Shown piece by piece: positions 37,582 to 49,385 of a stretch of 64,000 nucleotides of DNA. A program made the position numbers and the translations under genes. The notes beneath the pieces were generated by a model. It searched no databases and was not told the origin of the DNA. It saw nothing but the letters and a program-made list of their open reading frames with translations. The stretch is from Piromyces finnis finn (taxonomy: Eukaryota; Fungi; Neocallimastigomycota), in assembly GCA_002104945.1 (NCBI GenBank), contig MCFH01000017.1:372001-436000 (forward strand). Reading direction: 5' to 3'. Position 1 is the first letter of the stretch, and every line of letters starts with the position of its first letter.

Positions 37582-39219
37582 TTATTTCTTTGAAGGAATA
37601 TCAATTACAAATGGTTGATATCTATGTCTGATCATACCATTGTTATTCCTTGTATAAACTTGATCTTGACTTTCTTTTCTAGACTTTTTATTTTTCCTAT
37701 AAAATTCTTGGATCAATTGTACATCTGAAATTTGATCTTCCGGGATCCAAGTATTTTCGTCAAGATTTTTCCATGTCATCAAGAAAGATTTCTTTCCATG
37801 ATAATTTCTTTCTTGAATAATCTTATCAGGAATCCTATCAATAGTATCAGTAGTTAACTTAATATTTTTTCTTTTATTTATTACTGATCTATTTATAAAT
37901 TCATTTTCGTTATAAGGTTCTAATAACGAGACATGAAAAACAGGGTGGCAACGTAAATTATTTGGCATCTTTAATTCAAATGCTAAAGGACTTACCTTCT
38001 TGATTATTTCAAAAGGTCCGAGCATTTGATCAGCAAGTTTTCTTTTAACATTTTTGTTTGAAGGATTAATACCTTTTAATAACCAAACTTTTTTACCAAC
38101 TTCGAAATTTGGGGATTCCATTCTCTTTTGATCAGCATACTTTTTGTAGGTTTCTTTTGCTTGATCAAGATTTTCTTTCAAAAATTTAATGTTTTCATTA
38201 ATATCCAAAATTCTTTGTTCAGCTCTATTTGGTCTATTCGCTGAAGGAATTTCAGGATTGAATTTTGGATTGAACCCATAATTAGCGAAAAACGGAGATT
38301 GATTGATTGATTGCTGTAAAGTATTGTTATAAGCAAATTCAGCAAAAGGTAACAAATCAACCCAGTTATTCTGTTTTTCGTTAATAAAACAACGGAGATA
38401 TTGTTCCAATATCCCGTTCACCCTCTCCGTTTGACCATCAGTTTCAGGATGGTTTGCAGTAGAAAAAGCAAGTTTAATATTTAACAAATTACATAAGCGA
38501 TTCCAAAAGTCTGAAGTAAATTGAGTACCTCGATCAGAAATGATAGAATCAGGAAAACCATGTAATTTAAAGATATTGTTAACAAAAACATCAGCTGCTA
38601 TAGAAGCAGTAGGCAGACATCTTAAAGGAATAAAATGAGCCATTTTTGTTAACCTATCAACTACAACCATAATGGTGGTCATGTCTTTGGATTTTGGAAG
38701 CTCGACAATAAAATCCATTGACAATTCCGACCAAGCTCTATTAGGCGTGGAAAGAGGAGAAAGCAAACCATATGGTTTATGTCTTGGAACTTTAGCTTTA
38801 CAACAAGTTTCACAAGACTTTATAAATTTTTTAACATCATAACTAAATTTTGGCCACCAAAAATTTCTACTAATTAATTCAATAGTTTTATTAATACCAA
38901 AGTGACCAGCAGAAATAGAATCATGATGTAATTCTAAGACCCTAGTTCTTAATGAAGAAGGAACATAAATTAAATTATCGTAAAGTAAAAATCCTTCTTT
39001 ATCAATTTTAACTTTATTAATATTCCTAATCGGAGGGGACAAAGAATTTTTTTCATTTAAAAATACACAAACTTTATTATATAAATCATCATTTTTTAAA
39101 GAACATAAAATAGAATTGATTAAAGAATCATCTTTATTAAAAGTATTAATTACATTACATGAAATAAAATTACAACTAAAATTACTACATTCAATGTGAT
39201 CACTACGTCTGGATAACAA
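37582..39219 (-). CDS. gypsy-1 integrase with C-terminal chromodomain (part of disrupted pol)
   Basis: HHDSISAGHFG..CETCCKAK zinc finger, SMDFI..SDRGTQF..HPETDGQTE core, GPF motif, and chromodomain-like TWK..NTWIP. Confidence 0.92.
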   Translation of the reverse strand: MLSRRSDHIECSNFSCNFISCNVINTFNKDDSLINSILCSLKNDDLYNKVCVFLNEKNSLSPPIRNINKVKIDKEGFLLYDNLIYVPSSLRTRVLELHHDSISAGHFGINKTIELISRNFWWPKFSYDVKKFIKSCETCCKAKVPRHKPYGLLSPLSTPNRAWSELSMDFIVELPKSKDMTTIMVVVDRLTKMAHFIPLRCLPTASIAADVFVNNIFKLHGFPDSIISDRGTQFTSDFWNRLCNLLNIKLAFSTANHPETDGQTERVNGILEQYLRCFINEKQNNWVDLLPFAEFAYNNTLQQSINQSPFFANYGFNPKFNPEIPSANRPNRAEQRILDINENIKFLKENLDQAKETYKKYADQKRMESPNFEVGKKVWLLKGINPSNKNVKRKLADQMLGPFEIIKKVSPLAFELKMPNNLRCHPVFHVSLLEPYNENEFINRSVINKRKNIKLTTDTIDRIPDKIIQERNYHGKKSFLMTWKNLDENTWIPEDQISDVQLIQEFYRKNKKSRKESQDQVYTRNNNGMIRHRYQPFVIDIPSKK

Positions 39220-39436
39220 ATCAGGTTTGCCACACTTTTTTCCAGCCCTATATATTAACTTAAAATCAAATCTAGATAAGAATTCATATCATCTTATCTG
39301 TCTTTGTGAGAGCATTTCAGGCTTTCTTGGGAAAGTTAAATTCTTATGATCAGTATAAATGACGAACTGATGCTTTGCACCTTCCAGATAGTGTCTCCAT
39401 TCTTCGAGAGCCACTTTGATAGCGAGCAACTCTTTA

Positions 39437-40459
39437 TCATAAATTTGATAATTTCTTTGAGACTTGGTTTAAGCTAGATGAAATAAAAGCAATAGGGTGC
39501 AATTGCCCTTCAAACTCTTGTGAAAGAATTGCACCGACTGCAAAGTTACTATCGTCAGTCTCAACAATAAAAGGTTTGTTGCTATCAGGGTTCATTAAAA
39601 TAGGAGCAGAAGTAAAAGCCTTCTTAAGTGTAACAAATGCGTTTTGACACTCAGAAGCCCAATTAAAAGGAACATTTTTCCTAGTAAGTTTATGTAAAGG
39701 ACTTGCGATTTTTGCAAAGTCTTTAATAAAAATTCTATAATAATTGCATAATCCAATAAAAGATTGGACTTCTTTAACATTTGTAGGAACAGGCCAGTCG
39801 AGGATAGCTTTAACTTTATCTCTATCCATTTTCAGACCATCTTTGGATAATACATAACCAAGAAAAGTGGTTTCTGAAACATCAAACTCACACTTCTCTA
39901 ACTTTACATATAAATTATTTTCTAATAATTTTTCCAATACTTTTTTAACATGTTCATGATGCTCTTCTAGACTATTTGAGTATATTAGAATATCATCAAT
40001 ATATGATATAGCAAAATCATCCAAATAATCACTAAGGACATCATTTATGAAATGTTGGAAAGTAGCTGGTGCATTCTTTAAACCAAAAGGCATGACGAGA
40101 TATTCAAAATGCCCATATCTTGTTCTAAAGGCAGTTTTGTATTCATCACCCTCTTTGATTCTTACTAAATTATAAACAGACTTTAAGTCCAATTTAGTAA
40201 AGTACTTTGCACCCTTCACTCTATCCAATAAGTCACCAATTAATGGAAGAGGATATGAATTTCTAATGGTCATATCATTAAGTTTCCTATAATCAACGCA
40301 TAGTCTTAATGACCCATCTTTCTTTTTGACAAATAAAACTGGTGCTCCGGCAGGAGATGTAGATTTCCTAATGAAACCTTTTTCCAAATTTTCTTTAATA
40401 TAACATTTTAATTCATCTCTCTCTGCCTCAGTTAAAGGATAAAGAGGACCATAAAGCAA
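39437..40459 (-). CDS. gypsy-1 RT / RNase H (frameshifted at about 39445; TGA at about 39290)
   Basis: [32 protein letters not shown]; RNase H continues in another frame ([15 protein letters not shown]). Confidence 0.92.
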   Translation of the reverse strand: MLYGPLYPLTEAERDELKCYIKENLEKGFIRKSTSPAGAPVLFVKKKDGSLRLCVDYRKLNDMTIRNSYPLPLIGDLLDRVKGAKYFTKLDLKSVYNLVRIKEGDEYKTAFRTRYGHFEYLVMPFGLKNAPATFQHFINDVLSDYLDDFAISYIDDILIYSNSLEEHHEHVKKVLEKLLENNLYVKLEKCEFDVSETTFLGYVLSKDGLKMDRDKVKAILDWPVPTNVKEVQSFIGLCNYYRIFIKDFAKIASPLHKLTRKNVPFNWASECQNAFVTLKKAFTSAPILMNPDSNKPFIVETDDSNFAVGAILSQEFEGQLHPIAFISSSLNQVSKKLSNL

Positions 40460-40473
40460 GTTAGAATTATCCT

Positions 40474-42378
40474 TTAATCTGATTCACAATCGTATTCACG
40501 ATGTGGAGGTAAAATATTACAATTCTTTTCATTAAAAACCTCTTTAAATAATAAATATTGATTTGGGATTTCAACAGATTTTTTATCTTTATTTAAATTA
40601 TTATTTTCAGTTTTACATTTATTAATAATATTACAAGATAAATAATTACAGTTACTAACGGAATTTAATACACAAAAATTGTTATTATTAATCACTTCTT
40701 TTGAAAATGAGTATTGTTTTGGTCCAGTGACCGAATTATTATCTTTATTTAAATTATCATCAATACAATTAATATTATTACATGTACATTTAAAATTACA
40801 ATTATTATTATTATTATTATTATTGCTATTTAAACTATCACTAAATTTAATTTTATTACAACTATCTAAGTTACTAATGGTTTTAACGGAGGTTCTACGG
40901 CCCCTGATATTAACAGTTTCTTCGTCATCACTGGAGTCACAACAAAAGGATTCGTCATAGTCGGAAAAACCACGGTCAATGCAAGAGGATTGTTCATTTT
41001 CGTTATCCAAGGCAGCTTCTTTCCCTTTTCTTGATGATGGCATCGATTTCTTATCCATATTGGTTGTACCCTTATTTCTCCTTTTGCCTACATTACAGTG
41101 TCGAGCACAGTATCCGGAGCTAAAGGCAATTTTTGAGGAATCATGATAATAAACTGGACAATGTTTCTCAATCCAAGGTACTCCAAGAATAACATCGACT
41201 TCGGGAATCCTTAACGAGTACAGTTGAATTACTTCGTAATGGTTCCTTAAACGGAGAATACACTTTTCGGATTCTTTTCTAACAGTGGAATTACCTTGAC
41301 CAAGACCAGAAACCTTAAATGGATTCCTGATATTGTAAAGCTTAATGTTATTAATTCTCGCAAATTCAGGATGAATAAAATTTAAATCAGAGCCGGAATC
41401 AATAAGGACTTTGACTTTCACTTCTTCCATATCGTTTGTTTTTATATAAAAATCGATGATGTTCTTCTTTTCACTTTTGTGTATTTTATATAAGTTTGAA
41501 TCATTCTCAGTAACATCTTTGGTTGGTCTAATTCTTTTGACTGAAGGGGTTGAAGAACTGGCTTCTTCTTCGGAGATAGTCCTTTTAATAATCTTAACAC
41601 TCTTAGGCTTTTTCCTGTTTGGACAATTGAACTGCATGTGTCCAGACTTCCCACAAGAAAAACAAACCCCTTTTTTCTTTAAATCCGATCTAGTAGTAGA
41701 AGGTTCAACGTAATTACTTCTGTGAGATGGGAAGTAATTTACGTTTCGTTGACCCTTGCTAATCCTATATAGGTCAACATCCATTGGATCGTCACGATTA
41801 TAATTTCTTCTATCTTGGTGCGTCATATAATATTCGCTGATGTCATTTCTCTTAGTAAGATTTTCTATGCTAAGGACATCAGAGTAGAGACGCTCTAGCT
41901 GAGTAGGATTTGGGTTGACTATTGCTAAATGTTCACGCATTTTTGGATGTAAGCCCTTTGTGAACATATATATCTTCGCTGCTTCATTGAAATTAGAGTT
42001 TTGGCTAACGCGTTGAAATTCATTAATATATTCAAACACTTTGACAAACTTTCTTTGTTTTATGTTGCAAAGTCTTCCATTTGCAACAATTGTGTCATTA
42101 TTGGGATCCCCGAAATTGGTACGAAGGGCAGCAATAAATTGATCATAGTTTCTTAGAATGGCGTCGTTGTTCTGTCGTAAACGAGCGGCCCATTCTAAAG
42201 GTCTGTTAACAAAGTAAGATATTAAGAAGCGAACTCTCGCTTCATCATTAGCGAATCTATCAGGGTTGGCTTCAATGGCTAGTTCAACCCTGGTCAAGAA
42301 CCCATCTAGTTCTTGTCTTCTTCCTGAGAAAGTTGGAGGATCATTAACTATCCTCAAAGACGCCCCTTGACGGTCCAT
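40474..42378 (-). CDS. gypsy-1 gag-zinc knuckle-protease ORF
   Basis: PPTFSG..LEWA gag, [14 protein letters not shown] knuckle, [12 protein letters not shown] aspartic protease, then an Asn-rich spacer. Confidence 0.92.
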   Translation of the reverse strand: MDRQGASLRIVNDPPTFSGRRQELDGFLTRVELAIEANPDRFANDEARVRFLISYFVNRPLEWAARLRQNNDAILRNYDQFIAALRTNFGDPNNDTIVANGRLCNIKQRKFVKVFEYINEFQRVSQNSNFNEAAKIYMFTKGLHPKMREHLAIVNPNPTQLERLYSDVLSIENLTKRNDISEYYMTHQDRRNYNRDDPMDVDLYRISKGQRNVNYFPSHRSNYVEPSTTRSDLKKKGVCFSCGKSGHMQFNCPNRKKPKSVKIIKRTISEEEASSSTPSVKRIRPTKDVTENDSNLYKIHKSEKKNIIDFYIKTNDMEEVKVKVLIDSGSDLNFIHPEFARINNIKLYNIRNPFKVSGLGQGNSTVRKESEKCILRLRNHYEVIQLYSLRIPEVDVILGVPWIEKHCPVYYHDSSKIAFSSGYCARHCNVGKRRNKGTTNMDKKSMPSSRKGKEAALDNENEQSSCIDRGFSDYDESFCCDSSDDEETVNIRGRRTSVKTISNLDSCNKIKFSDSLNSNNNNNNNNCNFKCTCNNINCIDDNLNKDNNSVTGPKQYSFSKEVINNNNFCVLNSVSNCNYLSCNIINKCKTENNNLNKDKKSVEIPNQYLLFKEVFNEKNCNILPPHREYDCESD

Positions 42379-45300
42379 ATTTCCGTTTAAGTGGAGGTTA
42401 GATAAAAGTTGGTTTATTTCTTCCAGTATGTTTAATATTTACTTATTTAATTTTTTACAATATTTTAATTAAGATGTCGTCGTAACTCTATCCTATCAAA
42501 CGGTGTTAGACGAGCTCTTAAAAATATAGTAACAAAATTAAATACAGTACAATAGTAGATGTTGGTGGAAGATTAAATAAAGTTGATCCACAATATATAC
42601 AAGTACAATGATGGACGCGGTAGATATCTCTAAAGCAAAGTAGTCGTTCTAAATGACACGGTAGCAATACCAAAACGCGGTAGATAATCCTTTATTACGC
42701 GGTAGCAAATTTCAAAGTAAGGTAGAGAGTCCCTAAAACGCGGTAGTAAAAAAAAAATTTTATTAAATATGTTTTATTAAAAAAAAATTTATAACGTGTT
42801 TTATTAGAACAAAGGTAATTGTTATTGTAAAAGTTTTATAAATGTAAAACAGATTATAAAATTTTTTTTCAATAAAACAACAACACAAAATAAAGAAAAA
42901 ACAAGAAAATAAATTATATTTAAAAAAATATCTCTTTTATTAATTTTATTTAGTTATTAACTAAATAATAGTCAATAACAATTACATCGTTTTAATCAAG
43001 AAATTTTACATGTATTTATATTTTTTTGTAAATTATATTTTAATATACTATTCTATTTAATTATACATATATTCAATATAAAATAAACAAAACTAATTTA
43101 ATACTAATTTAATTAAATAATAAAATAATAAAACTAAACTAAAACTAATTAAATACACTTTTGATTCAATTTGAGTAAACTGCAAATTGAATACAGTCCA
43201 TGTATTACCTATATATTAATTAAATATTAATAATACTATTTATTATATATTTGCTATTAAAAAATGCTAATTTAAAACTACGCTAAAGTTATTAAACTAA
43301 TTTTAATTAAATAAAAACTTTTTAAGATTTAATTTGAATATTTAAAATATTTAAATTTAATTATCCATTAATTTAAATATTTATCCAAATTTCATTTCTA
43401 ACTTTGATATTTTAAAATTAATATTTATTTAATTATTCCATAAAATTTATACAATAAATTTTATAAACAATTTTTTCATTAAAATATCAAAATTATTATT
43501 CAATAATTATTAATTAATTATTAAATAATTTAAAGATATACTTTATATCTTTACATATCAAAAGTTTTATAAAATAAACAAGATTCAGATTTGCATTGAG
43601 TAAATCCAATTTTTGAGAGAAATTCAGAAATAGTGATATTCCAACTACGGCCTGATTGTTTTAATCCATATAACGATTTCTTAAGAAGCCAGAAACCCTT
43701 TTTGTAGTTTTTATCATCTTGGAGAATAGAAACATAAACATTTTTGTCTAATGGAGCATTTAAATACGCGGCCTTAATATCTAATTGATAGGTGTTCCAT
43801 TTGAATTTACCAGCTAAAGAGAGAATGAGTCTAATGCAAACAATGTCTAATGTTGGTGAGTAGATATTGTCATAATCAATTCAGTATTTTTGTTTTTATC
43901 CTCTAGCAACTAATCTAGCTTTATATGTTGAAATTTTATTGTTCGAATCACGTTTTATGTTAAAAACCCATTTTATAGAGATAACATTTGTATTTTCTGG
44001 AATATTTTTGGTGAATATCATAACTTTATTATTGTATAGATTTAAAAGTTCATTTCTAATAGCGCGTCTCCATTCTTTCCAATCTTCTCTTTTAATTATA
44101 TTATTGAAAGTTAGTGGAACCTCAGTATTAATTGAAAATATTGTGTTACATTCAGAATTATTATTGTTATTGTCAATATTATAAATAGTGTTGTTTACAA
44201 TATTTTCAGAAATATTTTCTTCTTCAGTTGTATTTGTAATTCTATATTTGCTAATATGTGTATCTTCAGTTGATGAAAGTGGTCTTTTATTGTTGTTTCT
44301 GCTAATATTTTCATTATTATCTTTGTTGGAATTCTCGTTAACTAATTTTTTATTTTGAATAATTACATCATTTTCATAATTGTTAAGATTATTGTCGTCT
44401 TGAAAAATTTATTCTGTGTAACCATCTTCACTATTTTCATAATTATATAAATTATTATTTTGTTGAAAAATTTCTTTTGTGTAACTATCCTCAAGAATAT
44501 TATTATTATTGTCAAAATTATTATTGATTTTAATTATGGTAGGATAGTGCTTGGTATAGATCTACTCATAGTTAGATTCCTGATCATATACCATTGTACC
44601 ATTAGAAATTGTTGTTTTTGAAATTTTTGGGTAACCAGGATTGTTGCTGGACTCAATTTTGAGATTGCCTGGTTTTTCTTCTATGAAAACTGCTTCCCTT
44701 ACTAAATGTATATTATGATCGTAAAAAATTCTTTCTTAATACCATTTCGTTTACAAAAATTTAATAATTTTTTATTGTATTCTTTTCCATTATCAGACTT
44801 AAATATTTTAATTTTTTCATTTGGGTAGTTATTGTTGATTAACTTAATAAAATTGATAGTCGTACTAGTAACATCTGATTTGTTTTTTAGATTAAATACC
44901 CAACCTTTTCTAGTAGCTTCGTCAATAAAAGTTAAAATATATTTATATTGATTTATTGATGGTGGTAAAGGTCCCATAACGTCGGAATGAATAACTTCGT
45001 TTCTTCTAGTCGCTTTGGGTGGAATTCCATTGTGTGGTTTTCTATTTAATTTTGATATTTTACAGTGTAGACATTTATTATTTTCAATTTTGTGTGACTT
45101 TAAAAATTTTTCTAGATTTTTGTTATAGTAATGTCCTAATCTATTGTGCCATATATTATTTGATAAATTTTCATTGATACAATATAACTTTTTATCATTG
45201 AAATTAATATTATTTTGTGTTTTAATTTTGAAATTATTTCCTTTATTGACATGTGTTCTAAATATATTTTTATTATTGTATTTAATAATTAACTGTGGTT

Positions 45301-46901
45301 TGAAATTTTTATTTCACAATCTATGTGTGATTGTGCTAATTTTATTCTACTTATTAGATTTTGTGCTATATCCTTGGAGTATAAAACCCTTTTTAATGTT
45401 ATGTTATGGTTATTTAGTTTTTCTTCGTATGTACTGAATCCCTGAAATTCGCAAGTAGTATTGTTGGCATATTTCATTTTAATTTTTGTTCAACAAAATT
45501 TCTTAAAATACTTTTATCATTAGTTATGTGTTCAGAAGCACCTGTATCGTATATCCAGATAGTAGAGTTCGAAGATTTTTCATTGTTTTCTTTATTATTG
45601 ATGTTATTAATATAATCAAGTCCCTCATTTGACAAGATTTCATCCATTTCTTTCTTGTTTAAATAATTGATGTTGTTTCTATTATAATTTCTTTTGTTAT
45701 TTTGATATGGTTTCCTTCTACTGTTGTTGTTGTTGTTGTATTTGTTGTATCTATTCTTGTTTTTTGTGTTATAACCGCATTCACTAGTATTATGATCTTT
45801 CATGTTGCATATGACAGTATTTGCTTGTTCTTGAGCTATTGTTGTTGCCCTTGTTAAATTTCATTATATTGTTAACTAAGTCAATGCCCATCATGGCTTC
45901 ATCATAGTTTCTTGTATTTTTAATTTCTTTATTTTTTTTTATGGTAGAGTAATTTGTATTTATTTTTAATATCTTCATAAAGGTCATTTGCAGTAGTTGT
46001 AGTTCCGGAAATGAAAATGATTTTTAGTTCCTTTAGCAGACATCCTAAAAGGTAATCTATTTTTTCTTGTTCAATAATTGGTAACTTTTTCTTCTCCATT
46101 TATTTAAATATGGACATCATTTTACTAGTTACGTTCAGTATTTCTTTGTGATTTTTGACCTTCATATCTCTTAATTTGTTCATCCATTCTTGTAAAGTTA
46201 CATCTTCGTCTTGCTCAAAGAGGATATTTAAGTTTTCCATAAGTTCGTGGGTAGGTAGTATCAGTATCGGTCATCAGCAGGTAAATTTTATCTTCAATAT
46301 TGTTAAGTATAATAGATATGGCAGCTGCATTTTCTTTTTGTATTCTTAGGATTTCACCTGGATCTTGAATTCCATCAGTAGTAATATTTTGGTCTAAGTA
46401 ATTCTTGAGATTTAAAGCGGTGAGAATGCTGGTAATTCTTAATTTCCAAACACTAAAATTATCACCGTTAAGTGGACGTCCGTGGTTAGAAAGAATATAT
46501 TCGGTAGCCATTGAGACTCTTAATCGGAAAAGTAAATTTAGGTTTGATAAAGTATATTTATTTTGTTTATTAAATTTAATTTAATAAAGGTAATTACAAA
46601 ATTTTAATAATACATTTACAATTTCTTTTTATACTAAAATATGTGGCTAATGTCAATTAGTAATACTATATGCTACGATTATTCTAAGAAACATTACATT
46701 AGTAATTACATTATACATTATAATTTTATTATTAATTAAAGTTTAATATTAGTAATATAAATTTTTATTAGTAATTTAATTTCTAGCTGAATTATATTCT
46801 TTCAGAAATAATTAATATTATAAAAATACTATATAAATTTAATATTAGGAAAAATTTATTAATATAATAATACGTTCAAGTTACATATTATTTTTATATC
46901 A

Positions 46902-47004
46902 TTTACTATATGAGGCATAGCATTATGGTTGGAAATACCGTACAACAACATGCATCTAATGTACATAGATTAAGTGAGCGTCGAGGCTGAAGATTCAGAA
47001 TGAC
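46902..47004 (+). repeat. Repeat X copy 1, middle piece
   Basis: Reverse complement is homologous to 49722-49810; ends in ATGAC at the start of a family B LTR. Confidence 0.75.
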
Positions 47005-47285
47005 TGTAAAGTTAGACACAAAATCGAATAGATTAGGATATTTAATCTATTACAATAACAGCACAGAATAAAATATGTTTTTTTAAAAAAAATAGTTATT
47101 TATTAATTTATTGTAATGAAATTGTTAATAACAATTACATCGATAAAATGATGAAAAATATCTTCTATTTATATTTTTCCTAAATACATTTATATTATAT
47201 TATAACTATTCATTCACTATATATTATTATTTAAAGCCTACACTAAAACTTTAATTATTAATAAAATATTTAAACTATAACTATT
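47005..47285 (-). mobile_element. LTR family B, partial
   Basis: TGT terminus; homologous to 47399-47620; cut at 47286 by an A2 LTR. Confidence 0.8.
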
Positions 47286-47398
47286 TGTAAAGATATAATA
47301 AATCTTTAGATTATTTAATAATTAATAATTAATTATTAAATAATAAATTAATATTTAGAAAAATTGATTATAAAGTTTTTAGAATAAATTTTATAGAA

Positions 47399-48015
47399 TG
47401 TAATGGTGACACAGAAAGAATAGATTAGGATATCTATTCTATTACAATAACACTAGATTTAAAATAAAATAAAAATTGTTTTATTAAAAAATATCTTTTA
47501 TTATAATAGAAATTTTATTAATAACAATTACATCGATCAAAATGATGAAAAATATCTTCTATTTATATTTTTCCTAAATACATTTATATTATATTATAAC
47601 TATTTATTTCTTATATATTATTATTTAAAATCTACACTAAAATCTTAATTATTAATAAATATTTAAACTATAACTATTTTTAGTAAAATACAATTGGCAA
47701 TTCAAATTAAGTACTATTCAATTTGAATATGTGCCCATGTATTATTGATATATTAATCATTTATTATTTATATATTATTTATCTATTTCTATGAAAAAAA
47801 CAATACTAAAACTAGGAATTTAAATTGAGAATTTTAATTTACTTGTTAAACATTAAAAATAAATTAATAATTTATTTTGTTTTAAACTTTAATTATTAAT
47901 AAATAAATTATGTCTCATTTTCTTTTTCTGAATATAATTTGTGTAACTTAAACAATAATACTTATGGCTTAAGTTACATTAAAGATATCAAGTTGAGGCG
48001 TTTGATATCTTTACA
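47399..48015 (-). mobile_element. Solo LTR family B
   Basis: TG..CA termini; TSD TAGAA at 47394-47398 and 48016-48020. Confidence 0.92.
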
Positions 48016-48474
48016 TAGAATAATTTAATAATAAATTATTTTATAATAATTCCGTTAAATTTAAATTAAGTTAAATATTTAAATTTAAGGAATAAAAGAA
48101 TTTCAATTAAATTTAAATATTTTAAATATTTTAAATATTCAAAATATTTTTAAATATTTTTTATTTAAATTTAGAATAGTTTAATAATTTTAACTTAGTT
48201 TTAAAAATAGATTTGTTTATATTTCAATAGGAAATATATTATGAATAGTAATAATAGTATTAAATTAATTTATAAATAATACATGGGCTTTATTCAATTT
48301 TGAGTTTACTCATTGTATAATGAATTAGTTTTAGTTTAGCTTTATTATTTTATTATTTAATTAGATTAGTTTTGTTTATTTTATATTAAATATATGTTTA
48401 TTTAAACAGAATAATATATTAGAATATAATTATAAAAAAATATAAATGTAATTTTTGTTTGTTAAATCGATGTA

Positions 48475-49206
48475 TGTAAAAGTTTTATAAAAAATTTAAA
48501 ACAGATTATAAAATTTTTACAATAAAACAATAAACACAAAATAAATAAAAAAGAAACAAGAAAATAAATTATATTTAAAATATCTCTTTTATTAATTTTA
48601 TTTAGTTATTAACTAAATAATAGTCAATAACAATTACATTGTTTTAATTAAGAAATTTTACATGTATTTATATTTTTTGTAAATTATATTTTAATATACT
48701 ATTCTATTTAATTATACATATATTCAATATAAAATAAACAAAACTAATTTAATACTAATTTAATTAAATAATAAAATAATAAAACTAAACTAAAACTAAT
48801 TAAATACACTTTTGATTCCATTTGAGTAAACTGCAAATTGAATACAATCCATGTATTACCTATATATTAATTAAATATTAATAATACTATTTATTATATA
48901 TTTGCTATTAAAAAATGCTAATTTAAAACTACGCTATAGTTATTAAACTAATTTTAATTAAATAAAAACTTTTTAAGATTTAATTTGAATATTTAAAATA
49001 TTTAAATTTAATCATCCATTAATTTAAATATTTATCCAAATTTCGTTTCTAACTTTGATATTTTAAAATTAATCTTTATTTAATTATTCCATAAATTTTA
49101 TATAATAAAATTTATAAATATTTTTTTTATTAAAATATCAAAATTATTATTTAATAATTATTAATTAATTATTAAATAATTTAAAGATATATTTTATATC
49201 TTTACA
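48475..49206 (-). mobile_element. Solo LTR family A
   Basis: Matches the gypsy-1 LTR; TSD ATGTA at 48470-48474 and 49207-49211. Confidence 0.93.
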
Positions 49207-49385
49207 ATGTAATTGCTATTTTAATTTTTTAATTATTAACAATTATACTGTTAATAATATTTTTAAGAGTTTTAAACAAAATGTTTTTTCTAAATAAAAG
49301 TTTAATGTTTTATTTTTTTATTTTGTGTTTATAAAAATTGTTTTGTTTTAATTATACAATCTATTTTAAATTTTATACTTTTACA

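Larger units (their letters stand above)
36821..43555 (-). mobile_element. Full-length chromoviral Ty3/gypsy element (gypsy-1), LTR family A
   Basis: 730-bp TG..CA LTRs at 36821-37550 and 42826-43555 differ at only a few sites. TSD TATCA (36816-36820, 43556-43560); polypurine tract (PPT) at 37551-37565. Confidence 0.97.
36661..46885 (-). mobile_element. Decayed Ty1/copia element (copia-1), interrupted by gypsy-1
   Basis: gag ATG at 46511 (NFSVWKLRITSIL). Domain order is protease (WIYDTGASEHIT), integrase (WHNRLGH, HSDVMGP, FIDEATR, KSDNGKEY), RT (YKARLVARG, LKKSLYGLKQSGRSW, YVDD at about 36780). LTR-like direct repeat at 46526-46638 and 36661-36772. Many stops, 3' internal deletion; right boundary approximate. 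Confidence 0.88.
47286..49385 (+). mobile_element. LTR subfamily A2 carrying two nested solo LTRs
   Basis: Pieces 47286-47398, 48016-48474 and 49207-49385 rejoin into an LTR like 52246-53000. Confidence 0.75.

Noticed and set aside
36656-46901. TSD for copia-1
   Set aside because: Flanks GAAAT versus TATTA or TTTAC do not match, so the boundaries stay approximate.
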